From Hyphomicrobium sp. (lineage in GTDB: Bacteria > Pseudomonadota > Alphaproteobacteria > Rhizobiales > Hyphomicrobiaceae), in the NCBI RefSeq assembly GCF_041659645.1, contig NZ_JBAZXX010000001.1:131066-195065 (forward strand): a DNA stretch of 64,000 nt, written 5' to 3'. Shown here piece by piece: positions 59,999-64,000 of the stretch; the stretch's first letter is position 1; every line of letters begins with the position of its first letter. Made by a program: the position numbers and the translations under genes. The notes below the pieces were generated by a model. That model did no database searches. It was not told the DNA's origin and saw only the letters and a program-made list of their open reading frames with translations.

Positions 59999-61660
59999 TC
60001 AGCAGCCTTCCCCTCGAAACTGGGCGTTAAAAGCGATCTCTGGTACATTCGAAGATACCTGCGAGTACGAAACGCCGAGGTGACGGCAGCCGTGTAGAAG
60101 ATCATCGTCGGCCTCTGGTGCATTAGAAATCACGAGGCTAACTCCAAACGTTCTGAGAAACTGGAGTGATCCTAATTTATTAAGGACGTCGTGGGATAAT
60201 ATCGGAATACTCGGGGAGAAATCTCCGCGCGGCGCATCCGCAAGGATTCCATGAACGAGCAAGGTGACGTCGGTACCCCCCGACGAAAGCTCGTTGGCAT
60301 TCCGAATTATGAGCGTCTTTGCATCGAGGCTGAGATGTTCGGGCATTGTTATGAGGATATGTTGAATGCTTCGCTTCGACCTTAGAATTTCACTGAGCGG
60401 ATTGCGGCGTGCAAACATTCTCGCTGCCTGTTCTCCTAGGTTCGCTGTGCACTGCGTCCAGGCGTTTTGTAGCAACAGGCGAAGCGTCGTCGCCTGGATG
60501 CCGTAGTGTTTGCGGAGAGCGTTGCTTATCCTGATGTGCTCCTCATAAAACGCTGCGCCCTTGAGAGCGGCGACGGAACTGTTCTTGCCGTGCAGCCGAA
60601 AATAAGACCGTGCACCCGGCTCGTATGCGATGCGACCTCCTCGAGCCAAATTGCTATAAAGGAACCAGTCACCGCAGATCGTATATGTGCAGAGTTCGGA
60701 TAGGAGGTCCGAGCTGATGCGCTGGCGCCGAAAAATACAGCCGCCTACATTTGCTATGACGTTTTTCGCGCCGAATGGGCCATTGAACCAGGCATAAGCA
60801 CTCGCGATTCGTGGTTCTCGCCAAAAAGTAGAGAGATCCAGGTGATCGTTCTTTTCGCGAATCGGGTTGCCGTCCGCATCGATGTAATCAACACGTCCAA
60901 ATGCCAGCATGATGCTTGGGTCGTTGAAGTATGATGCGAGTTCCTGAAGAAAATTGGAATCGCAGCTATCGTCGCTCTCGCAAATCCAGACAAGTTCGTT
61001 CTGGGCGAGATTCAGGCCTTTGTTCCATTGGCTGAAGATGCTGCCGGAGTTTGTTTCATTGAAGACAGTGGTGACGGGAAACGGCAGTGCAGATGCAATT
61101 TTCTGAATGACGTCCTTGCTATTGTCCGTTGATGCATCATCCAAGATGATCAACTCGCTGACACCGAGTTTTTGGTCGAGAATTGAGCGAACGCGCTCTT
61201 CGAGAAAGCGCGCATGGTTGTAATTGGGAATGATCGCAGAGATCGCGGGGTGGCTTGTTTTTGGCTGTTCTGCGTGTCCGTCGGTCGGGCCGACTGTTGG
61301 GCTATGGATTTGAGGATTAAGCGCCCGAAATATTGGGTCTGGCTGTGGGCGTAGAGTAATATAACTGCCGAGTTCCAACGCCTCGAGACGTTGAGCACGA
61401 TAAGCTTTTCGCTTGCGAGCGTTCAGGGGATGACGCAAGAAGGCCGACGCCTTTGCAAGCTTCTGCAAGGGCCTGAGCGTCCAAACGGGCGCGGGCAATT
61501 TGATAAGGCGTTGTATCGATGAGGTGATACGTATCACGATCGTCAACCTGCTGGTCCGCGAAAATTTTCTTTTATCGAATGTCTTGTACCCTTCCGACCA
61601 AACTTTCGGGGTGTCGCGTGAGGCTTGAGAATAGAAACCAAATTTTGAAGACACTTCCAA
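59999..61660 (-). CDS. Glycosyltransferase family 2
   Basis: IIPNYNH, ILDDASTD, WICESDD and CGDWFLY motifs; start uncertain. Confidence 0.88.
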   Translation of the reverse strand: MEVSSKFGFYSQASRDTPKVWSEGYKTFDKRKFSRTSRLTIVIRITSSIQRLIKLPAPVWTLRPLQKLAKASAFLRHPLNARKRKAYRAQRLEALELGSYITLRPQPDPIFRALNPQIHSPTVGPTDGHAEQPKTSHPAISAIIPNYNHARFLEERVRSILDQKLGVSELIILDDASTDNSKDVIQKIASALPFPVTTVFNETNSGSIFSQWNKGLNLAQNELVWICESDDSCDSNFLQELASYFNDPSIMLAFGRVDYIDADGNPIREKNDHLDLSTFWREPRIASAYAWFNGPFGAKNVIANVGGCIFRRQRISSDLLSELCTYTICGDWFLYSNLARGGRIAYEPGARSYFRLHGKNSSVAALKGAAFYEEHIRISNALRKHYGIQATTLRLLLQNAWTQCTANLGEQAARMFARRNPLSEILRSKRSIQHILITMPEHLSLDAKTLIIRNANELSSGGTDVTLLVHGILADAPRGDFSPSIPILSHDVLNKLGSLQFLRTFGVSLVISNAPEADDDLLHGCRHLGVSYSQVSSNVPEIAFNAQFRGEGC

Positions 61661-61725
61661 GAAAATCGGCCAAGAAGATCAATGGCCGCGATTGCATCGT
61701 AGGCCCACAGAAGACGCGCGATGGG

Positions 61726-62604
61726 TCAGTCGATTGTCAGGACACGCCGGACGTATTCGGCATAAGCGCTCTTGCCTAGACGGCCGAGCGACGCCGACAC
61801 TTCGGCTGGCGTTAGAAAGCCCATATGGATTGCAATTTCTTCTGGGCATGAAATTTTGAGGCCCTGGCGGCGTTCGACGGTCGCGATGTAATTGCCGGCG
61901 TCCATCAGACTTTCAAATGTTCCCGTGTCGAGCCAAGCGAAACCTCGGCCCATTCTTTCGACGTGGAGAGCGCCGAGTGAGAGATACATCTCATTCAGGG
62001 TCGTGATTTCGAGTTCACCGCGTTCTGACGGTTTCACCTGCGACGCGAGTTCGACCACCTGCTCGTCATAGAAATAGATTCCGGTCACTGCCCATCTCGA
62101 TTTGGAATTCTTCGGCTTCTCGACGATAGATTGCGCTTTTCCGGACGCATCGAACGTAACGACGCCATAACGCTCCGGATCGGCAACTTCATAGGCAAAG
62201 ATCGTTGCGCCGCGTTCGCGAGAAGCCGCATTACGCAGCATATCGACGAGGCCGTGACCATAGAAAATGTTGTCGCCGAGAACGAGAGCGCAACGATCAC
62301 TGCCGATAAAATCGCGGCCGATGATGAACGCCTGCGCTAGTCCCTCAGGTGCCGGCTGCGCGGCGTAACTCAAGCGAACCCCAAACTGCTCGCCTGACCC
62401 GAGCAGATTTTTGAACAGCGGTTGGTCGTGCGGCGTCGTTATGATGAGAATGTCGCGAATGCCCGCCAGCATGAGCGTCGACAATGGGTAATAGATCATC
62501 GGCTTGTCGTAGATGGGAAGCAATTGCTTCGAAATCGCCAGCGTCAGCGGGTAAAGCCGCGTGCCGCTGCCACCGGCCAGAATGATCCCCTTCAACGTGC
62601 TCAT
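61726..62604 (-). CDS. rmlA: Glucose-1-phosphate thymidylyltransferase
   Basis: [28 protein letters not shown] and WLDTGT; ATGA overlap with rmlD. Confidence 0.98.
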   Translation of the reverse strand: MSTLKGIILAGGSGTRLYPLTLAISKQLLPIYDKPMIYYPLSTLMLAGIRDILIITTPHDQPLFKNLLGSGEQFGVRLSYAAQPAPEGLAQAFIIGRDFIGSDRCALVLGDNIFYGHGLVDMLRNAASRERGATIFAYEVADPERYGVVTFDASGKAQSIVEKPKNSKSRWAVTGIYFYDEQVVELASQVKPSERGELEITTLNEMYLSLGALHVERMGRGFAWLDTGTFESLMDAGNYIATVERRQGLKISCPEEIAIHMGFLTPAEVSASLGRLGKSAYAEYVRRVLTID

Positions 62605-63554
62605 CTTGATTGACCGACATCCTGTTGCAGACATTGTGTTGTTTCGTCGCGAAGCGGACCGATGAGCCGATCGAGCCCGTCCGATAAGGCTTCCGACCAA
62701 GGCCGAAAGCGGATGCCGTAGACGTCCGCGAGTTTGTCGGTCGAAAGCACGGAATAGGCGGGACGAAGGGCTTTTGTCGGGTACTCGGTTGTTGCGATCG
62801 GAAGAATCGCAGCGCGTGGCCCTCCTCTCTGCGCGGCGCCGTCGATGATTGCGCTGGCGAAGGCATGCCACGTCGTCTCACCGCTGTTGACTGCGTGGAA
62901 CGTGCCGAAGATTTCTGGATCTGATGGTGACGCGCCAAGACTGCCAATGATTTGCCGAACCACCTCGGCGAGATCGGGAGCATAAGTAGGATTGCCGTGC
63001 TGATCATCGACGACGTTGATCTCAGGGCGTTCTTGGTTGAGGCGTAGAATTGTCTTCGCAAAGTTCGAACCGAACGGACTGAAGACCCAGGCCGTGCGTA
63101 GAATGATGTGCTTAGCGTTGACTGCGGCGACGAGACGTTCACCCGCGAGTTTGCTCTTGCCATATACTCCGGCGGGTGCCACCGCGTCGGTTTCGACGTA
63201 AGGCTTTCGTTTCGTTCCGTCGAAGACATAATCGGTCGAGAAATGAATGATCACTGCCCCGGCTTCGGCGGCAGCCTCGGCTGCGGCTTGTGCGCCTGTC
63301 GCATTTGTCGCGAAAGCGGCCTCGGGCTCGTCTTCGGCACGATCGACAGCCGTGTAAGCTGCAGCGTTCACGACGATGCTTGGACGGGTCGCGCGGATCG
63401 CCTGCGCCACGGAAGCCCGATTGCAAAGATCAACGTCCGGCCGACCGATTTTGACAACGTGATGCCCGGACGCACTCAACACCTCGTATAGAGAGCGGCT
63501 GACTTGGCCGTTCTGGCCGATGATCAGAACGCGTTGCTTGCGGGACGTCATCAC
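62601..63554 (-). CDS. rmlD: dTDP-4-dehydrorhamnose reductase
   Basis: [29 protein letters not shown] and RPAYSVL motifs. Confidence 0.97.
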   Translation of the reverse strand: MMTSRKQRVLIIGQNGQVSRSLYEVLSASGHHVVKIGRPDVDLCNRASVAQAIRATRPSIVVNAAAYTAVDRAEDEPEAAFATNATGAQAAAEAAAEAGAVIIHFSTDYVFDGTKRKPYVETDAVAPAGVYGKSKLAGERLVAAVNAKHIILRTAWVFSPFGSNFAKTILRLNQERPEINVVDDQHGNPTYAPDLAEVVRQIIGSLGASPSDPEIFGTFHAVNSGETTWHAFASAIIDGAAQRGGPRAAILPIATTEYPTKALRPAYSVLSTDKLADVYGIRFRPWSEALSDGLDRLIGPLRDETTQCLQQDVGQSR

Positions 63555-64000
63555 TCGGAACTCTCCGAAAGTTCGGTTTCGACGAGCGCAGACTTATCAA
63601 GCAAGCCAAGTCTCGTTCCAGAATAGACGTTCTCGCGCAAAGGGCGCCACCACCAAGCGGTGTTCAAGTACCATTCCACCGTGGCTGCGATCCCAGTATC
63701 GAATGTTTTTTCAGCTCGCCAACCGAGTTCCGTCTCGATCTTGGTTGGATCGATGGCGTAGCGCCGATCGTGCCCCGGCCGATCGGCAACAAACGTGATC
63801 AGTTTTCGCCGCGCTGAATCACTCGGCACGTGAGCGTCGAGGAGATCGCAGATGCGCTCGACGACGGTGAGGTTTTCGGTCGGTGCCCGGCCGCCCACAT
63901 TGTAGGTTTCACCAATCCGTCCGCGCTCCAACACGGTCACGAGGGCCTTTACATGGTCTTCGACATATAGCCAATCGCGGACTTGCCGGCCGTCGCCGTA
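63551..64000 (-). CDS. rmlB: dTDP-glucose 4,6-dehydratase (3' part; gene runs off the window)
   Basis: RDWLYVEDH, YNVGG and DRPGHDRRYAID motifs. Confidence 0.97.
   Translation of the reverse strand, partial: YGDGRQVRDWLYVEDHVKALVTVLERGRIGETYNVGGRAPTENLTVVERICDLLDAHVPSDSARRKLITFVADRPGHDRRYAIDPTKIETELGWRAEKTFDTGIAATVEWYLNTAWWWRPLRENVYSGTRLGLLDKSALVETELSESSE

Noticed and set aside
62345-63229. 294-aa alternative-frame ORF over rmlD/rmlA
   Set aside because: Out-of-frame overlap with well-supported genes; no motifs.
1-64000. CRISPR array or regular tandem repeat array
   Set aside because: No regularly spaced identical repeats and no cas genes seen.

Overview
The window looks alphaproteobacterial (Hyphomicrobium-like; inferred from gene content, not verified). 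Bases 1-2589 are core chromosome: rpmA, rplU, an Ntn-hydrolase gene and tRNA-Ser(CGA). Everything after the tRNA looks accessory. I found no integrase and no duplicated tRNA 3' end (att site) in the window. From 2.7-9.2 kb there is an octaheme cytochrome c-HEAT/TPR gene, an outer-membrane barrel gene and an FNR-boxed arylsulfatase. From 9.7-35.8 kb is a mosaic of small genes and pseudogenes. It holds five SRAP (HMCES/YedK) copies or remnants, five members of an unrecognised ~60-aa helical protein family, two SnoaL-like paralogs, H-NS, an NYN protein, a YadA-type adhesin, a GGDEF protein, and at least five perfect sigma-EcfG (general stress) promoter motifs. From 35.9-64 kb is an AT-richer surface-polysaccharide locus with many IS scars. 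It encodes rmlB(partial)-rmlD-rmlA, RgpF, several GT2/GT4 enzymes, methyltransferases, sulfotransferase-like proteins, a nucleotide-sugar dehydrogenase, a MurF-like/GNAT/TupA ATP-grasp module and a GT2/alkaline-phosphatase-fold/IspD-like module. All calls come from motif reading by eye; no searches were run.
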